DNA from: Podarcis filfolensis
Lineage: Eukaryota
Strand: one strand, 5' to 3'
Assembly: GCA_964270895.1 (NCBI GenBank)
Contig: OZ185441.1
Length of the DNA stretch: 64,000 bases
Position numbers and translations under genes: made by a program. The notes under the pieces were generated by a model. That model was not told where the DNA came from. It worked only from the letters and a program-made list of their open reading frames with translations, and searched no databases. Below, piece after piece: positions 21,914-35,397 of the stretch (within the stretch, counting starts at the first letter, position 1; the number at the start of each line of letters is the position of its first letter).

Positions 21914-24900
21914 ATGCCGGAGCGGGAGAGTGAGTGTCTCCGGAGGGGGCGGGCCGTGTTTCTCCGGGGGGGGGGATATAGTTGCCCGCTGAGGCACCGG
22001 CCGCGTCTGAGAGAGAGCGTTTTCGTCTTCTTCTTAGCCGCCGCCTCGCCCCCTCACGCGCCCCCGGAGTCGGCGCGAGTTGCCGGCGCCCCGTCAGGCC
22101 CGCTGCGCCCCCGGAAGAGCGCGGCCGTGGATCCGGCGCTTCGGAGCTCCCTGCCGCTTGAGACCAGGCCGGCGCCTTCGCCGTGTCCCCCTTTGGGGCG
22201 CCTGCCGAAAACAGCCGCGCTCAGCCTTTCCACGTTTCGATGTGGGGTTGTGAATCTTCCTCGATTTTATCGCCTCACCTTTGTGTCAACCGCTCTGAGG
22301 GTTTTGTGTTGTTTTAACAACCAAGGAATGTGTACATTTTGTGAAATACCGGCAGACAGAGAAATGAACTTAGTTGCGCCTGTGGCACATTGCCTGCGGC
22401 TTAATCTGTAGGTGGCTGGGAAGGAAGGGCGCGATCCTAACTTGGGTAGGCAGTGGTAATCCAGAGTAGCTGTGGGGGAAACGCTGCAGCCCTCCAGGCA
22501 CTGATGTACTACAACTCCCATTTTTCTCTTGCCGTTAGCCACATTTGCTGGGGCTGATGGAAATTGTAGTTTAACAACACTGTGTATGTGTAGAGCCTCT
22601 TGCTCTTTGCTAACTTCGTCTCCAGTCGCTTCCTTGCAGCAGAGGTAGCAGCTGGTTTCATTTCTGAATGAAAACCCTGTAATAATCTGTGCAAATGGTG
22701 TGTTTACATGTTTGGCAGCGCATCATGCGTATCACATTGGCTTGGAATCACTTCTTTTTCTTCTTTCTAGGTGAGCCGTTCTCTAATCCTCTGGCCCCAG
22801 ATGGCCATGAGGTGGATGATTCTCATTCCTTTCACCAGTGAGTAGAACTTTTTGCTACGTTTTGTGTTGGTTCAAGTGTCCTGTTTTTACCATTGCTGCT
22901 GTCCAAGTGTCACTAAACTACTCACTGTGGTGAATGTATTACTGGCTTCCAGCAAGGGTGATTCAAGGATTGCCCACCCTTCTCTTTTCTACCTTAGAGC
23001 CGGGGAGGGGTGGGAATATCCTACCAGTTGTGCTGGGATAGTGAATCCCAAGGCAACCACATGGACAGTCCTGAACTGGAGTTGGGATCAGGGGATTCTC
23101 CATAGCGTCATACAGAGATGCAGTAAGTCATTTGGGATAAGGGGTCTTAGCAACCATGAGCCCGGCTATCAAGACTACTGAAAATATGTGGTGGATATGT
23201 AGGAAAATACAGGTATTCTGGGAGAGTATACATGCAGAACTGCAAAAAATGCTAAAGATCTCTTTCAATAAAAAACCAGAGGCCTACCTCCTGGGAATAA
23301 CAGATTTGGATATTCCACAAAAGATGAAGGGTATCTTTTTATATGCGACGGCGGCAGCAAGAGTTTTGATCGCAGCAAAATGGAAGAGTAATGAAATCCC
23401 CTCTATTCAAGATTGGATCCAAAAGCTGACAGAATATGCTGAATTAGATGGTTTATCAGAAAAAATAAAGAATAAATCAAAACAGGAATTCGTTTCTAAA
23501 TGGGAGGTTTTTAAAGAATATCTGAAAAATAAATATAGTAGTTTAAATTCTGTTGCAGCATTCGAGGAACTTCAGTAATAGTTGCAAGGTAGATATAAGA
23601 AATTAGATTTAATGAGAGCAAATTTAATTATGAAAAAAAATGTGTATTGGCAATAAGTAATATGAATTTGAAGTATGGAATAGACGGGAGGTTGGGTCTT
23701 TATTGTTTGCTAAGAATATTATGTGTCTATGGTTATTTTTGTAATTTGTGTGTAATTTGGTATTTGTGTTTTTTGTTTGTTTGTTTTTCTTGTTGTATAA
23801 ATAAAAAACTTTTTTTAAAAAAAAGACTACTGAAAAGTTCTGGATTCATGCCACTACTACTGCAAAGTACCAAAAGAACTGGATAAGTGGAATTCTAGAC
23901 AGTGCAGATGAGGGAATCATGGGTAGTTCATTACAACTACCAAGTCATGGTGGAACAATAGTGTGTCCTGCAGTGGCCCTAATGCATTTTTTGTTCTGTG
24001 TCCTTGCACCCACCACTGTCTTGCCATCCATCAGCTAATTTTCCTTATTCAACCAGTGGAGGAGGACAGGATAGCCAGGGGTCAGCAAACTTTATTAGCA
24101 GGGGGCCAGTCCACTGTCCCTCAGACCTTGTGGGGGGCCACGCTATATTTTGAAAAAAAGATATGAATGAATTCCTATCCCCCACAAATAATCCAGAGAT
24201 GCATTTTACATAAAAGGACACATTCTACTCATGTAAAAATAAGTTGATTCCCAGACCGTCCACAGGCTGGATTGAGAAGGCGATTGGGCCGGATCCGGCC
24301 CCCGGGCCTTAGTTTGCCTAGCCAATGGATGCCTGTTTTTAGTTTTTGTTTTGCTTGCAGATGTTTTTCAGTCCATACAAGCATGTTGACGATTTGGTAT
24401 CATAAAATGGAATTTGGAAAGTTTTTGTCCTTCAGTAAATCTTTTACCATAATTTGTTGAAGGCAGGATAATGTATTGTGGTTTTTTTTTGGCAGTAAAT
24501 CACAATTGTTTTTATTCTAGATCTAAACTGACCAATGAAGACTTCCGAAAACTTCTTATGACCCCACGAGCAGCTCCAACATCTGCACCACCTTCCAAAT
24601 CTCGCCATCATGAGTAAGCATGCAAGTTCTGTGCTACTTAACAAAACTTTGTTGAGGTCTTTCTCCCTGTCCCCTGCCCACCCCTGGTCAGCTGGTGCAT
24701 ATTTATTCAGTACTTAGTTTTGGCATAAGCTTGTGTATTCTGTATAATTTGGGCACAAAATAGAAATAAACTAAATTCAGAATTAGGTATCTAATGAGGC
24801 TAATACATTGATCTTAAAACAATAGTGATCATGCTTGGCAGTAATAGAACACTTTAGAGCAGCAGTATTGTTTTTAGTGCCCTCTGGATGTTGCTGGATT

Positions 24901-27900
24901 ATAACTCATCACCCCAATCATTGGCCATGCTGGTTAGGGCTGATGGGAGTTGGCTACCAAGAGGGCATCAAGTTGGCTACCCCTGCTTTTGAGTGTTCAA
25001 AGCATTTCACATACATTATATCAGTCCTTACAGCAATGAGAGATAAGATAGTATTATCCTAAATTGTTAATGAGATGGGCAGAGACTGAGAGAACGCTAC
25101 CATATATGACTGGGGCAAAATTTGTTTTGGGGATTTTGCAGCTCCTAGGTTTTGGCAGTATGCTACCTAGCTCTCAAAATCTATATGCACATCTTAAAGC
25201 ATCTTCAAAACTTACTCGGAAGGCTTTCATGGTCACCTTTGGCTTCCTTTGACTGAGCTAGTTGTTTTATTAAATGGCATGAAATGTTCCTAGCACACTC
25301 TCAAAGTTGGGCATTCTGTGAGCACAATTTTTTGTCCTGTTTAGGATGCCAAGAGAGTACAATGAAGATGAAGATCCAGCTGCTCGGAGGAGAAAAAAGA
25401 AAAGGTAAATTGAGAGATTTTGATCCAAAGCTTTCCTAAGGCCGTGATGTTTCCTTAATGTGGAGGAAAAATCCTAAATAAAAAACCTTGCCAGAAAAAG
25501 TTGGGCTCTTGGCTGCCTTCTCGCTAAGAGAGGGATACCCAGTGATTAGTTGACCTTAAAAGAAATATTGTGCCTTATTTATCCCCATTGAATTACCTTC
25601 TGTATAGTGGTGGTAATGGACATCTTCTGAAACACCTGGAAACTTAGTTTTCAGTGCTTCTGCCATCTTGACTTTTACCCTTGTTGTAGTTCTGAGATTA
25701 TACTTGTGACTTCAGTCAGTGATTCACTTAGAGCTTGGTGGGGTATTGCTTATTATCTCTGAAGCTGTTAAGAGAACTGGGAATTCTCTTATAATACCAG
25801 GGCCTGAATATTTCAGTGATAATTGGTTTGTTTTTGTCACGCCAGCTACTATGCAAAGCTACGCCAACAAGAGATTGAGCGAGAGAGGGAGCTGGCTGAG
25901 AAATACAGGGATCGTGCAAAGGAGAGAAGAGATGGTGTCAACAAGGACTACGAGGAAACCGAGCTGATCAGCACAACTGCTAACTACAGGGCAGTGGGAC
26001 CCACTGCAGAAGCGTGAGTGCAGTCACTGCTTTTGCCTTTCTGCTTTGCAATACAATGTGGCTCTGATGTCACGGAGTTCTTTTTATTGCATTAGGGACA
26101 AATCAGCTGCAGAAAAGAGGCGGCAGTTGATTCAGGAGTCCAAATTCTTGGGTGGTGACATGGAGCACACTCACTTGGTGAAGGGTCTGGATTTTGCTTT
26201 GCTACAGAAGGTAAGCCAGATGATACAATCAATAGTAAATCAGCAATTCTCATGTTGGAGAACCTCTTCCCCATGTGTTCAGTGAGATCTCCAATAATGT
26301 ATGTTGTTGATAGCTAAATTGCTATTCCCTTTGCCACCATTCCTTATTTGATATGTAATATCTGTCCCTTTAAGGATTTTTTACTTCTGTTTGATCAAGA
26401 ACACTATGATAATTATGTAGTATTAAACTTGCCTGGAATTTTGGAATAACTCTGGATTATGCTCTTTGCTTTAAGAGCTAATTAATTTTCTGCAATGCTT
26501 TTTCTGAAGAACGTCTTTCATAAATCTTCAGTGTCTTTTATTGGCTGCTAGAGATTTGGTTTTTAAGAGATTGTTGTTGGTTGTTAAGTTATGCAGTTGC
26601 CCTATAACTGCATAAGATAAACTACTTCATATATGTGGTCGCCTGGTACTTCCTCTGTCTGAATGGCCACTGACTGTATTTTTCAGATGCAAATAAAGCA
26701 ACAGGTGGGGGAAATTTGACTTTATTCAGCCTCCACCTTGTTCTGGTGATTTATCTCTTCCTGAAGAGATTAAGGCTATTATAAATAAATAAACAGTACT
26801 GTTGATTTGTTTTTCAGTTACAATATTGTTTATAAATTATTTATAGTTTAGAGTAGTATTTTTTAAGTCTTCATTGAGTTTTCCAACATACATTGTATAC
26901 AGAGCACACATGGTTTGATAAAAATCACACCCACCCAAAATTAGTAACAAAACCAGGAGTAACATAACACTGACAGTCTCATACAAATAATTTCAGGTTC
27001 ATATATTCTGTGTAGATCACCAATTGATACTGCCACACAGGTAACTCCAGAACAACATACATTCCTTTGCCAACGTGTAAGATAAAGGGCATCTAAACCT
27101 TATCCAATTTGTTGGGTTTTGGGCCTCTGCTAGCATTTTGAAGAAAATTTCTCTCTGGTCAGGTGCGTGCTGAGATTTCCAGCAAAGAAAAGGAAGAAGA
27201 GGAACTGATGGAGAAGCCCCAAAAAGAAACCAAGTGAGTGGTAACAAGACAAACTCTGGCTTGTGACTTTCTAGCTCAGGCATAGGCAAACTCCGGCCCT
27301 CCAGATGTTTGGGACTACAGTTCCCTTCATCCCTGACCACTGGTCCTGTTAGCTAGGGATGATGGAAATTGTAGTCCCAAACATCTGGAGGGCCGGAGTT
27401 TGCCTATGCCTGTTCTAGCTTAACAGAGAATGTAGTCTAGAGAAGAGGCGTATTATATCTATTCATTTTGTTTCTCTTTTAGAAAAGATGAAGATCCAGA
27501 AAACAAAATTGAATTCAAGACTCGTTTGGGTAGGCATGTTCATATATGTTCTATGAAGCTGGGTTGCAATGTTGTGACTATCATGGTACCATGAGCAAGT
27601 AGCTAAAATATTCTAGTGTCACCAAATCCCCATCTTTCCTAGGTCGAAACATCTACCGAATGCTATTCAAGAGCAAGGCATATGAGCGAAATGAGCTCTT
27701 CCTGCCAGGGAGGATGGCGTATGTGGTGGATCTTGATGATGAATATGCAGACACAGATATTCCTACCACCTTGATCCGAAGCAAGGCAGATTGCCCTACC
27801 ATGGAGGTATAAGTTATGAATGCTTTCTCTGAATGAGCAGGTGCTTTTCTTGTTGTGTGTATGATGAGGCACGCATTATCTATTGGGGTCTGATACCTTT

Positions 27901-30900
27901 GACTTTCCTTCTAGGCCCAAACAACACTGACTACAAATGACATCGTTATCAGTAAACTGACCCAGATTCTTTCTTACTTGAGGCAAGGCACTCGTAACAA
28001 AAAGTTGAAGAAGAAAGACAAAGGTGGGCCTTGTATTTTGGGATCTGATAGGATGTATGGATTTGATGGGATCTTTTACCATAAGCACAAGGGGCATTGA
28101 AGGGGAAAGTGTCATTAAAATTTGTACAAATTAAACAAATGGCAGGGAGACACCAGAGTTTTGCTTATAAGAATTCTGATCCTTTTTTACCCTGTAGGGG
28201 TGAGTTCCTAGTTGAGGAAACCACTTAAAATGGGAGAAATTAGGGTGAACTGTACTTAATCGGCATCTTCTTGCCTTTTTGGCAGGTGAAGACGCACAAG
28301 CTGAGTGACCTCAACTGTCAAGCTTGTAGTTTCACATGCCACAATGCACAGATGCCACATATATCTGCAATATAGTGTTTTCATTATCCCCTCCTAAGAC
28401 AACAAAGCTGAAACAGATAACATGAATACAGAAGTAGGTTTATTCTGACTTCTCTTTGTTTGTAGGAAAACTAGATGAAAAGAAACCTCCAGAAGCAGAT
28501 ATGAGGTAAGTAAGCTACCTTCTTTGCTGTGTGGATTATCCTCCAGGGTTTTAGCAAGATTCCTTTTAATTGCATTTGGCACCCTTGATGAGAAGCTCTT
28601 ACTTGGTTGAAATGAGAGGTCTTGAAAGCTCCTCCAGCAGACCTTACAAGGGAATAAGTAAGTTGGCTAATTTTGGCTTATCACTCTTCCCAGAGCGCAG
28701 GAAACAGTAATATTTTAGCAAGAAGAAGCCACCGTGGGATCCATCAGATTGGTAGCAGGATTGATTGATGCAGTAATTTGTTCAAGGAGCCTGTAAGAAA
28801 TGTTCTACTGTTTTTGAGGCTAGTGTATATTTATGTTTCTTGCCTTTTTAATTTGTATCTTTTTGGCAAAAAGTATTTTTGAGGACATTGGTGATTATGT
28901 GCCGTCTGCGGCAAAAGTGCCACGAGAGAAGGAGCGAGAGAGGTACAGGGAACGGGACCGAGAGCGGGAAAGAGAGAGAGAGAGAGACAGGGAACATGAG
29001 AGAGATCGTGAGCGCGACCGAGAGAGAGAGCGTGAACGTGAGGAGGAGAAGAAGAGGCACAGCTACTTTGAGAAACCCAAAGCTGATGACGAGGTGAGCA
29101 GACAATACTTTGGCCATGAAAACTTTCTATACTGCCCTTCCTCCAAGGGTCACAGGGCTGGTTACAATATAAAAGCACAAAAATACATAACATAGTAACA
29201 AACAAAAAACAACCACCCACATTTAAAAGGCCATAGATGGTTTAATCAGCTGGAAGAAGAGGAATGTTTTTGCCTGGCACCCAACCACTACTGGGATAAA
29301 ATGGGTATAAATCCACCTAGAGGTAGGGATAATTTGATACTGGTGATTTGTTTTAAATAAGTTGAGACTATGTGTTAAATGGTGCAGATTTTCCAGTCTG
29401 GGCTCAGGATGAATATTTTGGCAAGGGAGAAGGCAGTATACTGTGTATGGAGAAGAATTTGCACTTAACAGGCCTGCACCACTTCACCCTGCTCCCAGCA
29501 AAAGACTGATGTTCATCTTGCTTTTTAGTTGCCATGTTAGAGTAATGTGCTCTTTCTTTCCTCCTTAGCCTATTGATATCGACAAAGGTATGCTTCTTTC
29601 TTTTTTTAAAAAAAATTAAATTGGTTTTTTCACAATTTAACTTTTAACCATTTCAAACATTAAAATAAAAGCTTCTTTTGAGCCAAAGGTATTCTTCTTT
29701 CTTAACCTTCTTATGAAACTGTTTCCAGGACCTGGCTCAGCCAAAGAGTTGATTAAATCAATCAATGAGAAGTTTGCTGGAGCAGGTGGCTGGGAAGGGC
29801 CAGAATCATATCCTTTTTATATGCATGTACAAATGTGTGCTGGCACTGGGTGCAAATGGCTACAGTTGGCTGTTTGATTTATCTTTACTAGCCTCTTTTA
29901 TAGAAAATTGTCTCTCGCTCTAGGCTCAGACTATCATTTGAAGGTGATATTTTCCTCTTGTGTAGTTGGGAAAGCTCCAGAAGACACTGGTCCTTTAGGC
30001 AGAAGCATTTAGTTTTAAGTATTCAGTTGTCATTCATAGGAGATCCTTTCCGTGTATGTTTCAAGTGACCAAGAAGCTGCTGGCCACTGGCTTCTGAGAG
30101 CAAGATGGGATGGGAAGATTTCCTTGCCTTGAACTAATACGGTAGAGTGTTTTAATTACCACTGTGAGACAAACAAGTGTAGGGAAAAGGTATTTCCAAA
30201 TACCTGTAACTTGCCTCATGTGCTGCTGGTGTCCATAAAGAAGTAGCTGCTATAGATGGAGAATTGGAGCAATAAGTGGGGAGGGTCCATCTCTTGCCAT
30301 CAAATTTTGGGGCCATTAACTCCTTGGCTTGCTAAGGAGAAATGAGGGACTTGGTTGACTCTTAAGGACTGCTTTTCTATTCTCCTGTCATCTCATATCG
30401 ATCTAAACTCCCCAATTACTTTGGGTGACAACACTTTCCTATGTCAGATGCTTTCTGACCCTAGATATGCCTGTATATTTTCCCTTAACTTTGGGCACAT
30501 TAAAAAAGCCTGAAGACAAAAAGCAATTGGGTGACTTCTTTGGGATGTCAAACAGCTATGCTGAATGCTACCCTGCAACGTAAGTATTCCTCAAAATGGG
30601 ATGTGGGCTCTGGGGAACCACATGAAGCCAAGCAAGATATTTACTTGCCTTACCCTAATATTTAGTGGACAGTGGGCAGCTGTTTGCAATATTTGTAATT
30701 AAGTACTCCTCTTCACTGGCAAGCTAATTATATTTATCTGGAGTCTTTGCAAATTGTTGAAACTTGGAATTATCCAGAGTTGGGGCTGCAAGTATAAATA
30801 AGAGCATCCAATTGTATCCCTTTTCTTTTTAGCATGGATGACATGGCTGTGGATAGTGATGAAGAAGTAGACTACAGCAAAATGGATCAGGTAAACTGCC

Positions 30901-33414
30901 AATTTGTTAGCTTCAAGATAAGCATTTCTACTTCAGGGTGGGGCTGATATTTGGGGGGAATATTATTAGTTGTGATGTCTCCTAAAGTGTAGATTTCGAA
31001 CTGCCTAAGATTTCACATGACTCTCATTTCCCATTGGACTGTGTGGTGGCAGCTCCTCACACTCTGGCTTAGCTTGTGGCAGAATGATTCTACTGCTTCA
31101 GGCTGCATGTGTGGGACTAATCCTGCCCCCAGCCCAGGTGCTCCTCAGTATAACAACCAACCTCCTTGCAAGTAGAAAACTATTATAGCAAGGGTCAGCG
31201 TGGCCTTAAACGTTCCTCCTTGCCATGATAGTTGTGGAGAGTCCAGTGGAATTTTGGGTTGCTGTTTCTTATGGAGGCCTGCAGAAATATGGTTCTGCTA
31301 CACAGATATATTAAGATTATCTTTTTTCCTCTCTCTCCTCAAGGGAAATAAAAAGGGACCCCTTGGTCGCTGGGACTTTGACACACAAGAAGAATATAGC
31401 GAGTACATGAATAACAAAGAGGCTCTGCCCAAGTAAGTTTGCCACTTGTCCTAAGGGTAAGAATGGGAGAAGCAGAAGCAGTGGGTTATGGTGGGTCCAA
31501 CATTTTAACCTTTTGGGAGGACCCTACAAGTCAGTTGCTTCCTGTAACATTGGTGGGAATGTACATTTAGACCATAGGAAGGCTTTTTTGACCCTAGCCT
31601 TCCTGCTGAAGGAATTTCACCTCCATTCTTGAGTTTTTGCTGTTTTATCTTAGAGCGGCTTTCCAGTATGGAATTAAGATGTCTGAAGGCCGTAAGACAC
31701 GTCGTTTCAAGGAGACCAATGACAAAGCAGAGTTGGATCGGCAGTGGAAAAAGATCAGTGCAGTGAGCATTTTGAGCAGAATGGCTCTTTAGTTATATTC
31801 CCTTTTCCCATCTGAATGTGTAGTTTTTTCAGAACTTTATTCAGAGTACCACAGACACTTTCCAGAGTTTATTTTAAGATTAAGAGAATGGATCTTTGGT
31901 CAGCTTACTCAGTCACATGCATATATTTTCTCCATCTTTATGTATTGGCTCAGTATTCCCAAGTTGTTCTATGATCCTGTTTATTCTATTGCTGCTGAGA
32001 AAGCCCAGCAAGGAAAACAATGCCTCCTCCTATAGAACTTGTAGACTGTTCCTCTGCTTTCCCTTGTGTAACAGATCAAATGCTGATCTAGCCTGCTAGA
32101 TATCAGTTGTTTTCTGTTATGTGTTGTTGCATGCTCCTTTGCTAAACCTCAGTACCTTCCTAACAAAGGAAGCTTTAAAAGTTGTGGGTTGTATCTAATG
32201 GAAGTGGTTTGGTTTGTGCAGTGGAACTGCCCTGTGCCGGTGCTGCCCCCAAACCTGCTCCTGAACAGATCTGAGAGGCATGTGGAGGGAGGGGAAGTTT
32301 GTTGTGCAAGTGGAAGTCCTTGCGCAAACTTAATTATGTCATTGGGTACAACCCTATATACATAATACAGTAATTGTAATGCGGTGATTTTAAATTCTCT
32401 GCAGATCATCGAGAAAAGGAAGAAGTTGGAGGCTGATGGGTTAGTAGAAATGCTTTTACTTGAGAATCTGTTGCTGTATGAGTGCTACTCCTAGAGTCCA
32501 CTCCCTGCTGTGCACTTGCCCTTATGGGTCTTCAACAGAGTGCTGTGACTTAGTTTTGGTGGTCTTGTGATCCAGGGGGTGAGGGTTCAGCATGTATGGA
32601 CTGAGGAATATTCTCCTTGAAGATTTTTGCTCTGATCCATGCATTTTTTTCCACATTCCTAAAAAGTGAGGCCAAATTACACGTTTCACAAGTCCAGTTG
32701 TCCAGACCCCCAACTATGATTCATTAACTATGGGGTGCACATAAAACTGAAATAGGGCCTCAACTTTATTCTGTCACCTCTTAATTGAATATTCAGAATG
32801 CTTTGTGGGTCCGCAGCTGTAGAGTTTTGCCCATGCAATTTATCTGCTATTTCATCCATCCCTTTACAGTTTTATTGCTGGCAATATGCGGGTGCTGATA
32901 GATCAGAATCCCACTGAAATTACCTGCCCATTCAGCCTTCACCATGTCAGCCTTGTACAAAGGCTGAAGCTCTTCTCTGGTCCTTTAGTTCTGGATGCTC
33001 TGCTTGTAACTGGATTCTAGTAGAAGCCTTGTCTCTGCAGTACTTGTTAGCTGAAGGAAAAGGTTTTATGATCTGGCACTTGCCAGAAGGATTCTTTTGT
33101 ATGTTTTAGTAACTTTGCATGTTACCATCCCTGAGGTTATGCAAGGCCATATTTTGTTTCCATGGCTTGGAAGGGTGATATGTATTACTGCACACAGTGC
33201 AGATTCTTCACATTAGTGAGCATGTCTGCTTCTGTGATGGAGTGCAACTCTGAAGATTTGAGTACAAGCCTGAAAGAGTTGAATTAGTGCTGAAGTCCCA
33301 CTGATTGTAAATTTTACTTCCTGCAAGCTGTATTCTGTATTGGACTCTTCTGTATTATGTGTCTCATAAAATGTCTGTGTTTTCAGGGTTGAGGTGAAGA
33401 GACCAAAATATTGA
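21914..33414 (+). CDS. IK: Protein Red (IK, spliceosomal RED protein), 20 coding exons, 555 aa
   Basis: Exons 21914-21929, 22771-22837, 24521-24613, 25345-25404, 25846-26013, 26096-26210, 27163-27233, 27483-27529, 27643-27806, 27915-28023, 28466-28505, 28874-29093, 29569-29587, 29729-29807, 30499-30579, 30833-30890, 31344-31432, 31654-31762, 32405-32439, 33387-33414. Total 1668 nt, in frame. Starts MPERESEPFSNPLAPDG, contains the RE/RD repeat, ends VEVKRPKY. Intron 14 is AT-AC. Confidence 0.97.
23185..23822 (+). mobile_element. 5'-truncated L1-clade LINE in IK intron 2 with 14-bp TSD
   Basis: Open ORF2 C-terminus (MWWICRKIQVFW...PEAYLLGI...AAARVLIAAKWK) ending at 23578, followed by 3'UTR and A-rich tail. 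TSD aagactactgaaaa at 23171-23184 and 23823-23836. Confidence 0.92.
24076..24327. mobile_element. hAT-type MITE
   Basis: Ends caggggtcagcaaact...agtttgcctagcc, with gggccggat..ggcccccgggcc subterminal motifs. TSD not clearly preserved. Confidence 0.65.
27277..27412. mobile_element. Palindromic hAT MITE with 8-bp TSD in IK intron 7
   Basis: 43-bp perfect terminal inverted repeat. TSD ttctagct at 27269-27276 and 27413-27420. Confidence 0.93.
29808..30498 (+). other. IK: U12-type AT-AC intron (IK intron 14)
   Basis: 5' site ATATCCTTTT, branch site TCCCTTAAC at 30481-30489, 3' end CAC. Removing it restores GPES-LKKPEDKK in frame. Confidence 0.93.
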
Positions 33415-33664
33415 AGTTACCGTGAACGCCCGGCCCCTTCAGCTGTATTGGAGATGGGGCTTTGATGGAAGTGTTTAGATCTTCTTCTTGCTCTGGAGCA
33501 AAGCTCTCAGAATCATGTCTTGGGCATATAAGCACAAAGGGCAACTGCTGAGTCTGCTGAGGAACCTTCTTGCCACATCTCCTTGTCCTGTATTGGCAGC
33601 ACTGGTGTCTGTTCGCTGGGAGCCTGTACTTTAGGTTTTTGTGGCTTGTAATCCTTTTAGATGC

Positions 33665-33670
33665 AATAAA
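33665..33670 (+). terminator. Probable IK polyadenylation signal AATAAA
   Basis: Located 250 nt after the IK stop and followed by GT/T-rich sequence. Confidence 0.7.
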
Positions 33671-34095
33671 ATCTCTTATTGATGTCTGTATTACAAACCT
33701 TTTGATCTTTTTCTTTTCTTGTAAGCAGTAATGCAGTTACACTTTCCTTGAATATTATGATGGAGTGGGGGGGTGTATTTGCTTTTGGAAAGTAATGATT
33801 TCTTTTTTCTATTAAAAGCATTATGGCAAGTCTTTCTTGAGTTGATCGTTAGAATATGATGTCAATCGATAATGTTCTGCAAGTGTCTTTACGTTTTTCT
33901 CCTCACTCCCAGCTCATTAATGTCTCTAGGGGAGTGTTTCTAAGAATACTAACAGATTGCAGAGAAGAAAAGGAAACATTTGGATACAGTTTAATTAAAA
34001 ATAAACAGGGAGGTAAACAGCAGATTAACAGCAATTTTATATACTAATTAGCATGTCTTCATCAGATACAACAGGGATTGTGTGTACTTTTGTTA

Positions 34096-34331
34096 CAGTC
34101 ACACTTCATGTTACGTTTTTTCAGGTTGCGTCCCACGGCAACCCAGAAGTACCAGAAAGGGTTACTTCCGGGTTGCGCCGCTCGCACAGACGTGCAAAAT
34201 GACGGCATGTGCATGCGCAGAAGCGGCGAATCGCGACCCGCGTGTGCACAGACGCGCCACTGGGTTGCGTTCTATTCATGTTGCGAATGGGCCTCCGGAA
34301 CGGATCCCGTTTGCAACCAGAGGTACCACTG
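34096..34331. mobile_element. Tc1/mariner-type MITE
   Basis: TA-flanked, with right TIR gaggtaccactg and a degenerate left TIR. Confidence 0.75.
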
Positions 34332-34754
34332 TACTTGTATAAATGTTACACAAATCAGCTGTATTTGAATAATATTTACATAACTTAAAACCATCTACCA
34401 GGCATTGGTGTGGAAAACTGCAGAATAAATCTGGTCTTTTAACCACACAGTTGAGATACTCATCTGGCTTTTATTATAAGTAACCCTGTTAGGGTTAGAA
34501 ACTCAAACTGGCAAGTACTCAATCAGGCCAGTTCCCTCCTCCTCTGGACTTTTCCTTTAACACCCTTGACATTCCATACTTATTGGATGTTCTCAGCATC
34601 TTCAACGAACAGTTGGGCTTTTGGGCTGACATACATGACAGATAATACAGGTGCTTGGGTGCCTGTCCCACTCTTGGCAATCGGTGGGCAAAGTGGTGGC
34701 GGGAGATGAGCCATAGTTTCACTTGGTCAACAAAGTTTCTTAAAAGATCTAGTT

Positions 34755-34842
34755 ACAGGTAGGTAGCCGTGTTGGTCTGCCGTAGTCGAAACAAAATAAA
34801 AAAATTCCTTCCAGTAGCACCTTAGAGACCAACTAAGTTTGT
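34755..34842 (-). mobile_element. Penelope-like element terminal fragment (truncated before the hammerhead core)
   Basis: Near-identical to 51296-51380 (ggtagccgtgttggtctgcc...ccttccagtagcacctta..gaccaactaagtt). The family assignment is inferred from the hammerhead motif in the longer copy. Confidence 0.65.
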
Positions 34843-35397
34843 TAAATCTGTTCATTTGGTCATGAAAAAGGAAGGCTGAAGCACACTGGCTGCTTCCTAA
34901 TTCTTGGGCTTTTGTAGAAAGGCAAACACTAGAAGTTTAGATATGGAAGTGTATAAATTAAAAGTACATTCATTTCAATGAAGTTGAGGCAAAAAGATCA
35001 ATTTCTGTGGGATCTGGAGCACCACCGATTCAGAGCTGTGGTGTGAGAAAACACATCCTTGAAGGACACAAGAGGCTGCTTATAGGGATAAAGTATCCCC
35101 CTTTATCAAATCCCCACACAAACTTCATTTTCATTTTCTCCTAGCGCAAAGGTGAAGCAAATTTAGACTGATACCTTGTCCCACTGTTAGCGTGATTAAA
35201 TAGTTCATTTGGAACTGCATGAAAGTCAATTGAGCACATAAATTCCAGGTAGGGGTACTTTGTGACCAACAGCTGACAATATGAAAGCTAAGAGGGTGTG
35301 GAAAATTGGGTGAAGGATCTAATGTATATGCAACCAAATGAGATGTATCATGAAGTGTCATGAAACGCTGGGTGGGAAGTCAAATAGATTTATTGTA

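Noticed and set aside
21681-22411. 210-aa and other ORFs across the IK CpG island
   Set aside because: They overlap the true 16-nt IK coding exon and intron 1, are Pro/Arg/Ala-rich GC artefacts, and show no homology.
27862-27893. C-box ATGATGA and D-box CTGA in IK intron 9
   Set aside because: Only about 32 nt span, no terminal stem, and too close to the 3' splice site for a snoRNA.
28831-29220. Antisense ORFs over IK exon 12
   Set aside because: Mirror of the purine-rich RE/RD repeat, which lacks stops on the opposite strand.
34055-34075. Minus-strand gtatCTGATGAag resembling the start of the hammerhead at 51425
   Set aside because: No helix II or GAAA follows, so the core is incomplete.
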